Below are positions 13,936-28,154 of a stretch of DNA of 64,000 bases, in pieces. This stretch comes from Eledone cirrhosa. Lineage: Eukaryota. The position numbers were made by a program, and so were the translations under genes. The notes under the pieces were generated by a model. It was given only the letters and a program-made list of their open reading frames with translations. It made no database searches and had not been told where the DNA came from. The stretch spans positions 8,866,001 through 8,930,000 of the forward strand of contig OZ024759.1 of assembly GCA_964016885.1 (NCBI GenBank). The letters run 5' to 3'. The number at the start of each line of letters is the position of its first letter. The first letter of the stretch is position 1.

Positions 13936-14202
13936 CTAAATAGTTGTGCTTCACGTGAAGTTGTGTCTCACCTAAGGGCGATAGATAAAATAATTTGTGC
14001 CATGCTAGACTGTCCCTTACAACCCTAGACAATCCTGATAAAAAGCACCAGCACTATCACTTTACAAAGTGGTACTGCTGGTGCTTTTAGGAAACTATCC
14101 TAGAATGAAGTTTAGGAGTGAAACAGTCATCTCATCTGCCAAGAATCATAACGTGACAACCCATTTAACCTATTCAAGCATAATAGGTTAAATATACATT
14201 AA

Positions 14203-15070
14203 CCCTTTAGCATTTAAACTGGCTGTATCTGGCTAGAATTCTCTCACCTCTTTCTGTTCAAACTGGTCATAACTGGCCACTCATACTGATGATAAGGTAT
14301 TGTTCTCAAAATATATGATATCAAAATCTCGTAGCTTCAATGTTATGTGAGATATTATGTGAGATAAAGCCTTTACTGTGAAAATACAATAGTATATATA
14401 GAGTAAGGTAAATGTTATGTGAGATATTATGTGAGGTAAAGCCTTTACTGTGACAATACAATAGTATATATAGAGTAAGGTAAATGTTATGTGAGATATT
14501 ATGTGAGGTAAAGCCTTTACTGTGAAAATACAATAGTATATATAGAGTAAGGTAAATGTTATGTGAGATATTATGTGAGGTAAAGCCTTTACTGTGACAA
14601 TACAATAGTATATATAGAGTAAGGTAAATGTTATGTGAGATATTATGTGAGGTAAAGCCTTTACTGTGAAAATACAATAGTATATATAGAGTAAGGTAAA
14701 TGTTATGTGAGATATTATGTGAGGTAAAGCCTTTACTGTGACAATACAATAGTATATATAGAGTAAGGTAAATGTTATGTGAGATATTATGTGAGGTAAA
14801 GCCTTTACTGTGAAAATACAATAGTATATATAGAGTAAGGTAAATGTTATGTGAGATATTATGTGAGGTAAAGCCTTTACTGTGACAATACAATAGTATA
14901 TATAGAGTAAGGTAAATGTTATGTGAGATATTATGTGAGGTAAAGCCTTTACTGTGACAATACAATAGTATATCTAGAGTAGTGTAAATGTTATGTGAGA
15001 TATTATGTGAGGTAAAGCCTTTACTGTGACAATACAATAGTATATAGAGAGTAATGTAAATGCTAAAGGG
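14203..15070. mobile_element. piggyBac-like MITE
   Basis: TTAA|ccctttagcattta at 14199-14216 and taaatgctaaaggg|TTAA at 15057-15074: a perfect 14-bp TIR with a TTAA TSD. Confidence 0.8.
14340..15060. repeat. 72-bp minisatellite, about 10 copies, inside the MITE
   Basis: Tandem repetition with a 24-aa period in ORF 14321-15037. Confidence 0.95.
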
Positions 15071-15178
15071 TTAAAAAGTGATGATATTGTATATAACATC
15101 ATCATCATCAACATCGTTTTTACATCCATTTTTCCATGCTTGCAGAAAATATTTAATCTATATAGCACCAAGCCAAAA

Positions 15179-15494
15179 TCTGACCCGGGGGGAGCTAAAC
15201 TTGGTCCTCTGACCCGGGGGAGTTAAACTTGGTCCTCTGACCCAGGGGAGCTAAACTTGGTCCTCTGACCCAGGGGAGTTAAACTTGGTCCTCTGACCCA
15301 GGGGAGCTAAACTTGGTCCTCTGACCCAGGGGAGTTAAACTTGGTCCTCTGACCCAGGGGAGCTAAACTTGGTCCTCTGACCCAGGGGAGCTAAACTTGG
15401 TCCTCTGACTCGGGGGAGCTAAACTTGGTCCTCTGACCCAGAGGAGCTAAACTTGGTCCTCTGACCCTGGGGAGCTCAACATCGTCCTCTGACC
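15179..15494. repeat. 28-bp minisatellite (cccaggggagctaaacttggtcctctga), about 11 copies
   Basis: Tandem repetition. Confidence 0.95.
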
Positions 15495-15699
15495 TTGTTT
15501 TTTTTTTTTTTCCCCAAGGGCCAATCCGTCCTACCCATGAATGATGAAGGTTAAATGATGAGGTTATTGATAAATATATATGTGTATATATATGAAGTAT
15601 GTATGTATATGTATGACGTTAAGTATGTATGTATATATATATGGTATATGTATATGCACGCAAATATATATATGTATATCATTATCATCATATATACAC

Positions 15700-15781
<82 letters not shown>

Positions 15782-15939
15782 ATACTTTGGGAGGGCCATG
15801 TTGCCAATAAGAAACACACGCACCAGTTACTTTCACTTCAATTTATTATATATTTATAAATTTATAAATTTACAAATCTACAAACTTATAAATTTCTGGT
15901 TGGTTGGTTGGTTCCACAACCAGATAGTTGTTTATATAT

Positions 15940-15984
15940 AGTCATAGTCCTTTCGTCACACACTCTGTGACCTCTTCAGTGACT
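15940..15984 (-). ncRNA. Putative minimal type I hammerhead ribozyme
   Basis: Minus strand reads AGUCA CUGAAGA G GUCACA-GAGUG-UGUGAC GAAA GGAC UA UGACU: 5-bp stem I, 6-bp stem II, very short stem III, CUA triplet. Confidence 0.7.
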
Positions 15985-16353
15985 GGGGATTCCTTTCTTT
16001 GTTTCTGTGCCTTTCCTTTCTTCTATCCTACGCCATTTTGTTTCTCTGTGTGTGTTGTGTGCTCAGTTTGCACATCTCAAAATTATTTTTGAAAAGCATT
16101 TAGAAATGCGCATCCGGTAAAAACTTAAAAACTTAAAACCACAACTGAATACTAACCCATACAATCACTAATACTCTTTTATTCCTAATTAAACCATTTT
16201 TCAACTGTGAACAATTTGTCAGCATTTTCTATTCCGTTTACCAATATATATATATATATATATATACATAACAAACCTAATTGTATCTCGTTAGCTTGGC
16301 CACTGCCAAAACTTCGATTTTATTAAAATTCTATTTGTGTATTTCTTTTCTAG

Positions 16354-16455
16354 TCTAAAGCAGTTGGTTCAAAGCTCTTCAATATCAGTTCAATAATAAG
16401 AGACAAGGATAAATGGCTTATGGCAGCAATTTATAAATACCAGATAACTATTCAG
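16354..16455 (+). CDS. Cadherin-like gene, exon D (102 nt): SKAVGSKLFNISSIIRDKDKWLMAAIYKYQITIQ
   Basis: Acceptor atttcttttctag, donor CAG|gtaaat. VGS-x-LF, DxD and Y-x-I cadherin motifs. Confidence 0.88.
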
Positions 16456-16536
16456 GTAAATTATATTACACCATATTTCACAGCTTATAAGATGCAGTTA
16501 AAAAAAAAATCTCAGAAAATCACCCTGCATCTTATA

Positions 16537-19500
16537 AGGTAACAATATCCTACAGTAGTAATTACTGGTACTTCTAAGGTAACATATCTTACAGCAGTAA
16601 TTACTGGTACTTCTGAGGTAACATATCCTACAGCAGTAATTACTGGTACTTCTAAGGTAACATATCTTACAGTAGTAATTACTGGTACTTCTAAGGTAAC
16701 ATATCTTACACAGTAGTAATTACTGGTACTTCTAAGGTAACATATCTTACAGTAGTAATTACTGGTACTTCTAAGGAAACAATATCCTACAGTAGTAATT
16801 ACTGGTACTTCTAAGGTAACATATCTTACAGCAGTAATTACTGGTACTTCTAAGGAAACAATATCCTACAGTAGTAATTACTGGTACTTCTAAGGTAACA
16901 TATCTTACAGCAGTAATTACTGGTACTTCTAAGGAAACAATATCCTAGAGCAGTAATTACTGGTACTTCTAAGGTAACATATCTTACAGTAGTAATTACT
17001 GGTACTTCTAAGGTAACATATCTTACACAGTAGTAATTACTGGTACTTCTAAGGTAACATATCTTACAGTAGTAATTACTGGTACTTCTAAGGAAACAAT
17101 ATCCTACAGTAGTAATTACTGGTACTTCTAAGGTAACATATCTTACAGTAGTAATTACTGGTACTTCTAAGGAAACAATATCCTACAGTAGTAATTACTA
17201 GTACTTCTAAGGAAACAATATCCTACAGTAGTAATTACTGGTACTTCTAAGGTAACATATCTTACAGCAGTAATTACTGGTACTTCTAAGGTAACATATC
17301 TTACAGTAGTAATTACTGGTACTTCTAAGGTAACATATCTTACACAGTAGTAATTACTGGTACTTCTAAGGTAACACATCTTACAGCAGTAATTACAGGT
17401 ACTTATAAGGTAACATATCTTACAGTAGTAATTACTGGTACTTCTAAGGTAACATATCCTACAGTAGTAATTACTGGTACTTCTAAGGTAACATATCTTA
17501 CAGCAGTAATTACTGGTACTTCTAAGGTAACATATCTTATAGTAGTAATTACTGGTGCTTCTAAGGTAACATATCTCACAGTAGTAATTACTGGTACTTC
17601 TAAGGTAACATATCCTACAGCAGTAATTACTGGTACTTCTAAGGTAACATACCTTACAGTAGTAATTACTGGTACTTCTAAGGTAACATATCTTACAGTA
17701 GTAATTACTGGTACTTCTAAGGTAACATATCTCACAGTAGTAATTACTGGTACTTCTAAGGTAACATATCCTACAGCAGTAATTACTGGTACTTCTAAGG
17801 TAACATACCTTACAGTAGTAATTACTGGTACTTCTAAGGTAACATATCTTACAGTAGTAATTACTGGTACTTCTAAGGTAACATATCTTACAGTAGTAAT
17901 TACTGGTACTTCTAAGGTAACATATCTTACAGTAGTAATTACTGGTACTTCTAAGGTAACATATCCTACAGTAGTAATTACTGGTACTTCTAAGGTAACA
18001 CATCTTACAGCAGTAATTACTGGTACTTCTAAGGTAACATATCTTACAGCAGTAATTACTGGTACTTCTAAGGTAACATATCTTACAGCAGTAATTACTG
18101 GTACTTCTAAGGTAACATATCTTACAGCAGTAATTACTGGTACTTCTAAGGTAACATATCTTACAGCAGTAATTACTGGTACTTCTAAGGTAACATATCC
18201 TACAGTAGTAATTACTGGTACTTCTAAGGTAACATATCTTACAGCAGTAATTACTGGTACTTCTAAGGTAACATATCCTACAGTAGTAATTACTGGTACT
18301 TCTAAGGTAACATATCCTACAGTAGTAATTACTGGTACTTCTAAGGTAACATATCTTACAGTAGTAATTACTGGTACTTCTAAGGTAACATATCTTACAG
18401 TAGTAATTACTGGTACTTCTAAGGTAACATATCTTACAGTAGTAATTACTGGTACTTCTAAGGTAACATATCTTACACAGTAGTAATTACTGGTACTTCT
18501 AAGGTAACATATCTTACAGTAGTAATTACTGGTACTTCTAAGGTAACATATCTTACAGTAGTAATTACTGGTACTTCTAAGGTAACATATCTTACAGTAG
18601 TAATTACTGGTACTTCTAAGGTAACATATCTTACACAGTAGTAATTACTGGTACTTCTAAGGTAACATATCTTACAGTAGTAATTACTGGTACTTCTAAG
18701 GTAACATATCTTACAGTAGTAATTACTGGTACTTCTAAGGTAACATATCTTACACAGTAGTAATTACTGGTACTTCTAAGGTAACATATCTTACAGTAGT
18801 AATTACTGGTACTTCTAAGGTAACATATCCTACAGTAGTAATTACTGGTACTTCTAAGGTAACATATGTTACAGCAGTAATTACTGGTACTTCTAAGGTA
18901 ACATATCTTACAGCAGTAATTACTGGTACTTCTAAGGTAACATATCCTACAGCAGTAATTACTGGTACTTCTAAGGTAACATATCCTACAGCAGTAATTA
19001 CTGGTACTTCTAAGGTAACATATCTTACAGCAGTAATTACTGGTACTTCTAAGGTAACATATCCTACACAGTAGTAATTACTGGTACTTCTAAGGTAACA
19101 TATCCTACACAGTAGTAATTACTGGTACTTCTAAGGTAACATATCCTACACAGTAGTAATTACTGGTACTTCTAAGGTAACATATCTTACAGCAGTAATT
19201 ACTGGTACTTCTAAGGTAACATATGTTACAGTAGTAATTACTGGTACTTGTAAGGTAACATATCTTACACAGTAGTAATTACTGGTACTTCTAAGGTAAC
19301 ATATCTTACAGCAGTAATTACTGGTACTTCTAAGGTAACATATCTTACAGCAGTAATTACTGGTACTTCTAAGGTAACATATCTTACAGTAGTAATTACT
19401 GGTACTTCTAAGGTAACATATCTTACAGTAGTAATTACTGGTACTTCTAAGGTAACGTATCCTACACAGTAGTAATTACTGGTACTTCTAAGGTAACATA

Positions 19501-21104
19501 TCCTACACAGTAGTAATTACTGGTACATCTAAGGTAACATATCTTACAGTAGTAATTACTGGTACTTCTAAGGTAACATATCTTACACATTAGTAATTAC
19601 TGGTACTTCTAAGGTAACATATCTTACACAGTAGTAATTACTGGTACTTCTAAGGTAACATATCTTACAGTAGTAATTACTGGTACTTCTAAGGTAACAT
19701 ATCTTACAGTAGTAATTACTGGTACTTCTAAGGTAACACATCTTACAGCAGTAATTACTGGTACTTCTAAGGTAACATATCTTACAGTAGTAATTACTGG
19801 TACTTCTAAGGTAACACATCTTACAGCAGTAATTACTGGTACTTCTAAGGTAACATATCTTACAGTAGTAATTACTGGTACTTCTAAGGTAACACATCTT
19901 ACAGCAGTAATTACTGGTACTTCTAAGGTAACATATCTTACAGTAGTAATTACTGGTACTTCTAAGGTAACATATCTTACAGCAGTAATTACTGGTACTT
20001 CTAAGGTAACATATCTTACAGTAGTAATTACTGGTACTTCTAAGGTACCATATCTTACACAGCAGTAATTACTGGTACTTCTAAGGTAACATATCTTACA
20101 GTAGTAATTACTGGTACTTCTAAGGTAACATATCCTACAGTAGTAATTACTGGTACTTCTAAGGTAACATATCTTACAGCAGTAATTACTGGTACTTCTA
20201 AGGTAACACATCTTACAGTAGTAATTACTGGTACTTCTAAGGTAACATATCTTACAGCAGTAATTACTGGTACTTCTAAGGTAACATATCCTACACAGTA
20301 GTAATTACTGGTACTTCTAAGGTAACATATCTTACAGTAGTAATTACTGGTACTTCTAAGGTAACATATCTTACAGCAGTAATTACTGGTACTTCTAAGG
20401 TAACATATCTTACAGCAGTAATTACTGGTACTTCTAAGGTAACATATCTTACAGTAGTAATTACTGGTACTTCTAAGGTAACATATCCTACAGCAATAAT
20501 TATTGGTACTTCTAAGGTAACATATCTTACAGCAGTAATTACTGGTACTTCTAAGGTAACATATCTTACAGTAGTAATTACTGGTACTTCTAAGGTAACG
20601 TATCCTACACAGTAGTAATTACTGGTACTTCTAAGGTAACATATCCTACACAGTAGTAATTACTGGTACATCTAAGGTAACATATCTTACAGTAGTAATT
20701 ACTGGTACTTCTAAGGTAACATATCTTACACATTAGTAATTACTGGTACTTCTAAGGTAACATATCTTACACAGTAGTAATTACTGGTACTTCTAAGGTA
20801 ACATATCTTACAGCAGTAATTACTGGTACTTCTAAGGTAACATATCTTACAGCAGTAATTACTGGTACTTCTAAGGTAACATATCTTACAGTAGTAATTA
20901 CTGGTACTTCTAAGGTAACATATCCTACAGCAGTAATTATTGGTACTTCTAAGGTAACATATCTTACAGCAGTAATTACTGGTACTTCTAAGGTAACATA
21001 TCTTACAGTAGTAATTACTGGTACTTCTAAGGTAACATATCTTACAGTAGTAATTACTGGTACTTCTAAGGTAACAATATCTTACAGCAGTAATTACTGG
21101 TACT
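16537..21104. repeat. 39-bp minisatellite (aggtaacatatcttacagtagtaattactggtacttcta), about 115 copies
   Basis: Tandem repetition with 40-bp and 41-bp variants. Confidence 0.97.
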
Positions 21105-21445
21105 ACGTTTTACGTCCGTTCTTCCATGCTAGCATGGGTTAGACTGGTTGTCCTGTTGTGGGCATTGTCTGGTCGGCTGACCATGCCTTGCTCATACAGG
21201 AACTGATTTGGCTTGATTTCTACAGCGGGATGCCCTTCCTAACACCAACCTCATTCACAGTGAGTGCTGGGTGCTTTTTCGTGGCGCCTACACGTCCACT
21301 TTACAGTGTGGGCTGGGTGCTTTTTTGCCGTGGCACCTCCACGACCACCTTGCAGTGGGAGGGTGTGGGGGGCATATTGTCTATATGCTTCAGCTTGTAC
21401 CCATGGGAGGTCAGGTACTCTGTATTCCCATGGGAGGTCGGGTAC
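21105..21445 (-). mobile_element. 3' end of the RTE family seen at 24917-27185
   Basis: Reverse-complement match to 26893-27172, with small internal duplications. Confidence 0.85.
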
Positions 21446-21492
21446 ATATATATATATATGTATATATGTGTGTGTGTGTATACATATATATG

Positions 21493-21525
<33 letters not shown>

Positions 21526-21814
21526 TTATGTATATATACATATATATGTGTATATATATATGTATATATATATACATGTATATATATAGATATTTATTAA
21601 AATAACAGATTAAAGTTTAAGCAAAGAATCGCTGCTTTCACCCTTAACGGGATCTTTTGAAACTTTCATGTGTGTATATATATATATATTGACCTGGAGA
21701 GGTTTGGGCTCCGCCAGGTTTTAAATACACCATATCACGACACCTCTATAACTCCGCAAGTAGTTATGAGATCTTTATCCTTTATATATATGTAATATAT
21801 ATATATATATACAT

Positions 21815-22036
21815 ATAGGAACCAGTAAGACCCCGACGGCTGAGCACAAGCCGTTTCGACGGCTAATTCTGGACTAAGAAAAAAAAAAAAAAAAAAAGTC
21901 CAGAATTAGCCGTCGAAACGGCTTGAGCTCAGCCGTCGGGGTCTTACTGGTTCCTATTACCCACTCTACCACCCTAAGTATTGAGTACTTTGGTGCGTTA
22001 TGGTCCACCTGGTTCCTTACCACATTTCCTTTGTTA
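21815..22036 (+). mobile_element. Fold-back element in (TA)n, copy 1 of 3
   Basis: About 60-bp inverted arms around a poly(A) spacer plus an 80-bp tail. Matches 27232-27445 and 41879-42088. Confidence 0.8.
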
Positions 22037-22060
22037 TATATATACATATATATATATATA

Positions 22061-22498
22061 AGGAAAAGAAATTGAAAATGCAACTGGAGTCTTTTTAAGA
22101 ATATTTATTTATTTCCTTTACTGGTTTCACAGTTCTTATGCTTTTCAAAAGCGATGGAGGGTTTATGGTTTGTCTGCATGTCAATTTTAATTTTGAAAAG
22201 CATAAGAACTGTGAAACCAGTAAAGGAAATATATAAATATTCCTAAAAAGACTCAAGTTGCATTTTCAATTTCTTTCCCTGCCGCAGTTTGAGATCTGAA
22301 GTGCATATTTTAATGTTTGTCACCTGTTCTCATTCATCCATTCTATTTCCCCCTTCCTATCCTCTCTTCTTTCCTTTGAGTCAACTCACACCAATCCGGT
22401 GATCTGTGTCCTTCCAGGTGATATTTTACCCAACACCGCTTCGACGGTATTTTGCTGTTTTAACAGTTTCCATATGCTGAGTTTTTCCCTTTTACTGA

Positions 22499-22500
<2 letters not shown>
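22061..22500 (+). mobile_element. Fold-back element with 90-bp arms and a degenerate hammerhead-like motif
   Basis: Arms 22061-22150 and 22191-22280. Bounded by TA runs. Confidence 0.65.
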
Positions 22501-22544
<44 letters not shown>

Positions 22545-22586
22545 ATAAATAACAAAGAACGCCTATAGCATATGCATATCTTTACT

Positions 22587-22632
22587 TGCTAACATTGTTT
22601 CATCCGCACTATAAGTGGGACTCATCAGAGCA
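22587..22632 (-). ncRNA. Putative minimal type I hammerhead ribozyme
   Basis: Minus strand reads UGCU CUGAUGA GUCC-CACU-UAU-AGUG-C-GGAU GAAAC AAU GUU AGCA: canonical core, paired stems I and II, GUU triplet. Confidence 0.78.
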
Positions 22633-22745
22633 TAAAGGTTAATTACATACAGTATAAGGTTAGCTCGATGTCTGAGGACAGAGCCGTGATATAATAAATA
22701 ACAAAGAACGCCTATAGCATATGCATATCTATATATATATATGTA

Positions 22746-23051
22746 TCATCATCATCATCATCATCATCATTTAACGTCCGCTTTTCCCTGCTTGCAAGGG
22801 TGGGACGGGAACTGGTTCTGGCTTCATTTCTACAGCTGGATGCCCTTCCTAACACCAACCTCATTTACAGTGAGTGCTGGGTGCTTTTTTGCTGTGGCAC
22901 CTCCACGACCACTTTGCAGTGGAATGATAGGGACCCCAGTCCCTATCATCTCATTTCTACAGCTGAGTAAACTGGAGCAATGTGAAATAAAGTGTCTTGC
23001 TCAAGGAAACAACACATCACCTGGTCTGAGAATTGAACTCACAACCTTTCG
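22746..23051 (-). mobile_element. CORE-type SINE, 5'-truncated
   Basis: Near-identical to 37734-38045. Confidence 0.85.
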
Positions 23052-23078
23052 ATATATATCATATATATATATATATAT

Positions 23079-23129
<51 letters not shown>

Positions 23130-23381
23130 TATATATATATATATCATATATATCATATATATATATATCATATATATATATCATATATATATATATCATA
23201 TATATATATATATATATCATATATATATATCATATATATATATATATTATATATATATCATATATATAAATATCATATATATATATCATATATATATAGC
23301 ATATATATATCATATATATATAGCATATATATATATATCATATATATATATATATCATATATATATATATCATATATATAT

Positions 23382-23412
<31 letters not shown>

Positions 23413-23601
23413 CATATATATATATATATATATATCATATATATATACAATATATATATATATATCATATATATATACAAAATATATATATCATATATAT
23501 ATATATATCAGATATATATATCATATATATATGTATATATATATCATAAATATATATATATATATCATATATATATACAATATATATATATTGTATATAT
23601 A

Positions 23602-23654
<53 letters not shown>

Positions 23655-23748
23655 ATATATATATATATGATATATATATGATATGATATATATATATATA
23701 TATGATATATATATGATATGATATATATATATATATGATATATATATG

Positions 23749-23779
<31 letters not shown>

Positions 23780-24062
23780 ATATATATATATATATATATG
23801 ATATATAAATATGATATATATATATATATATATGATATATATATATATATATTGTATATATATATATAGATATATATATATATATATGATATATATATAT
23901 ATATATATTGTATATATATATATGATATATATATATATATTATATATATATATATAGAGATATTGTATATATATATATATATATTGTATATATATATATA
24001 TATTGTATATATATATATATTGTATATATATATATATATATATTGTATATATATATATAGAT

Positions 24063-24102
<40 letters not shown>

Positions 24103-24914
24103 ATATATATATGATATATATACAATATATATATATATATATACAATATATATATATATGATATATATATATTGTATATATATATGATATATATATATAT
24201 ATATCATATATATACAATATATATATATATATATATATTGTATATATATATATGATATATATACAATATATGATATATATACAATATCATATATATATAT
24301 ATATATATATATCATATATATATATATATATATATATATCATATATATATATATATATATATATCATATATATATATATATATATATCATATATATATAT
24401 ATATATCATATATATATATCATATATATATATCATATATATATATATCATATATATATATCATATATATATATCATATATATATATATCATATATATATA
24501 TCATATATATATATATCATATATATATATCATATATATATATATCATATATATATATCATATATATATATATCATATATATATATATCATATATATATAT
24601 ATCATATATATATATATCATATATATATATATCATATATATATATATCATATATATATATTATATATATATATCATATATATATATATCATGTATATATA
24701 TCATATATATATATATATCATATATATATATTATATATATATATCATATATATATATATATCATATATATATATATATATTATATATATATATCATATAT
24801 ATATATCATATATATATATCATATATATATATCATATATATATATCATATATATATATCATATATATATATATCATATATATATATATCATATATATATA
24901 CAATATATATACAA
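23052..24914. repeat. Degenerate (TA)n tract
   Basis: TA runs punctuated by tc/ga and caa/ttg. Confidence 0.95.
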
Positions 24915-24916
24915 TA

Positions 24917-27185
24917 AGGTAGATGAAGCAGTTAAGGCCAAGAGACAGGCATGGAAAGAATGGAAGAACGGGGGGAGCAGGGTACATTACATAGAGACCA
25001 AGAGGGAAGCTAGGCGACAAGTATACTTAGCTAGGAGGGAAGCAGAGGATAGAAAATTCAAGCATGTCTTGCAACGTGAGGACCAGAAACAGGAGGTATT
25101 CAAGATTGCGAGGCAGTGTGTCAGAGATAGTTGTGATGTCATTGGAGAGAAGTGTATCCGGAATGATAAAGGTGAGCTTGCCCTCACAAGTGCTGAGAAG
25201 AAAGATGCATGGAAGAGTCATTATGATAGATTACTAAATGAGGAGAATGCATGGGAAGAAGAGACCCTACCCCAAGTTGACCCTATAGAGGGACCAGCAG
25301 TACAAGTCAGCAGCAGCGTAGTAAGTAAGGCAATCAAAGATATGAAGATGGGGAAGGCAACCGGTCCATCGGGTATAGCTGCCGAGATGCTGAAGGCATC
25401 TGGGTCTGTAGGTCACACTATAACCACACATATCGTTAACCAGGTAATACTAGAAGGTGCCATACCAAAAGATTGGTGCAGTAGCATCATTGTCAACTGC
25501 TACAAAGGTAAAGGCGATGCACTAGATAGAGGAAACTATAGAGGTATAAAGTTGATGGACCAGGTCATGAAAGTAACAGAAAGAGTTATAGCACAGCTGA
25601 TTAGGGACTGGGTGAAAATAGACGAGATGCAATTTGGGTTTGTACCAGGGAGAGGCACTACTGATGCCTTCTTCCTTGTGAGGCAATTACAGGAAAAGTA
25701 CCTAGCTAAAAGTAAGCCACTCTACTTGGCATTTGTCGACCTTGAGAAAGCCTTTGACAGAGTTCCACGTTCTGTAATCTGGTGGGCTCTTAGAAAACTA
25801 GGAGTAGATGAATGGCTTGTGAAAGCGGTACAAGCCATGTATAGGGGAGCAGTCAGCAAAGTTAGGATTAGCAATGAGTATAGCGAGGAATTTAGCGTAC
25901 AGGTTGGGGTCCACCAGGGCTCTGTTCTTAGCCCTCTCCTGTTCATCATAGACCTGCAGGCAATAACGGAGGAGTTTAAGACCGGATGCCCATGGGAACT
26001 CCTGTATACTGATGACCTCGCACTCATAGCTGAATCTATGGTAGAACTAGAGAATAAATTTCAAACTTGGAAGCAGGGACTAGAAAGAAAGGGTCTCAAA
26101 GTCAACATGACAAAGACTAAGGTCCTTGTAAGTAGATGAGAAAACAGAACCCAGATCCCCTCAGGGAAATGGCCTTTCTCAGTATGTAGGAAAGGTGTAG
26201 GTAGGAACTCCATTCTCTGCCCCAAATGCAAACAATGGGTACACAAGAGATGTAGCGGGATCTCAGGAAGCTTAATTAAGAATGTAGGATTCACATGCAG
26301 CAGCTGTGCTGATACAGCAAGCAGCAAACAGCCACAGGAAACAAGTACCACCAATCTCTGGGAGGGCTCTGTAGAAACAGTAGACAGCTTCTGCTACCTA
26401 GGTGACCGAATTAGCAGCGGAGGTGGGTGTTCAGAAAGTACAATAACTAGGGTAAGAACGGGATGGAAGAAGTTTAGGGAACTACTACCACTGCTAGCTG
26501 CAAAAGCTTCTCCCTCAGAATGAAAGGCAGACTGTATGATGCGTGTATCCGAACAGCGATGTTGCATGGTAGTGAGGCCTGGGCGCTGAAGGTGGAAGAC
26601 TTACGTAGATTAGAGAGAAACGAAGCCTGTATGCTCCGATAAATGAATTGAGAGAGAGACTGAGCATAAGAGGAATCAAATGCTGTGTGCAGGAGAGGCG
26701 GTTGCGCTGGTATGGACATGTGATGCGTATGAAGGATGACAGCTGCATAAAAAGGTGCAGAGCACTAGAAGTTGATGGAAACCGCGGAGTGGGGAGACCC
26801 AAGATGACCTGGGATGAGGTGATAAAAGCCGACCTTACCCAATTGCACCTCTCAAAGACAATGACACATGACCGTGACTTCTGGCGTCACGCAGTAATAC
26901 AGAGTACCCGACCTCCCATGGGTACAAGCTGACGCATATAGACAATATGCCCCCACACCTCCCCACACCAAGGTGGTCGTGGAGGTGCCACGGCAAAAAA
27001 AGCACCCAGCCCACACTGTAAATGAGGTTGGTGTTAGGAAGGGCATCCAGCTGTAGAAATCAAGCCAGATCAGTTCCTGTATGAGCAAGGCATGGTCAGC
27101 CGACCAGACAATGCCCACAACAGGACAACCCGTCTAACCCATGCTAGCGTGGAAGAACAGACGTAAAACGGTGATGATGATGATG
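24917..27185 (+). mobile_element. Decayed 5'-truncated RTE-clade LINE
   Basis: RT ORF 25069-26139 (FVDLEKAFD, QGSVLSP, YTDD), C-terminal RRLRWYGH, 3' UTR and (GAT)n tail. Confidence 0.95.
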
Positions 27186-27203
27186 ATATATATATTGTAT
27201 ATG

Positions 27204-27231
<28 letters not shown>

Positions 27232-27234
<3 letters not shown>

Positions 27235-27445
27235 GGAACCAGTAAGACCCCGACGGCTGAGCTCAAGCCGTTTCGACGACTAATTCTGGACTAAAGTCTG
27301 ATTTAGTCCAGAATTAGACATCGAAACGGCTTGAGCTCAGCCGTCGGGGTCTTACTGGTTCCTATTACCCACTCTACTACCCTAAGTATTGAGTACTTTG
27401 GTGCGTTATGGTCCACCTGGTTCCTTACCACATTTCCTTCGTTAT
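27232..27445 (+). mobile_element. Fold-back element in (TA)n, copy 2 of 3
   Basis: Same arms and tail as 21815-22036, with spacer gtctga. Confidence 0.8.
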
Positions 27446-27465
27446 ATATATATATATATATATAT

Positions 27466-27496
<31 letters not shown>

Positions 27497-27519
27497 TGTA
27501 TATATATATATATATATAT

Positions 27520-27550
<31 letters not shown>

Positions 27551-28002
27551 TGTATATATATGATATATATATATATATATATTGTATATATATGATATAT
27601 ATATATATATATATATTGTATATATATGATATATATATATATATATCGTATATATATATATATATATCGTATATATATGATATATATATATATCGTATAT
27701 ATATGATATATATATATATATGATATATATATATGATATATATATATATATCGTATATATATGATATATATATATATCGTATATATATATGATATATATA
27801 TATGATATATATATATATATCGTATATATATGATATATATATATATCGTATATATCGTATATATATGATATATATATATATATATATCGTATGTATATAT
27901 ATATATCGTATATATATATATATATATCGTATATATATATATATCGTATATATATATATCGTATATTTATATATATATATATCGTATATATATATATATA
28001 TC

Positions 28003-28036
<34 letters not shown>

Positions 28037-28049
28037 TATATATATATAT

Positions 28050-28084
<35 letters not shown>

Positions 28085-28112
28085 TATATATATATATATA
28101 TATATATATATC

Positions 28113-28154
<42 letters not shown>

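Noticed and set aside
16537-21104. CRISPR-like array or coding repeat
   Set aside because: There are no unique spacers and no cas genes, the context is eukaryotic, and frame-breaking 40/41-bp units occur.
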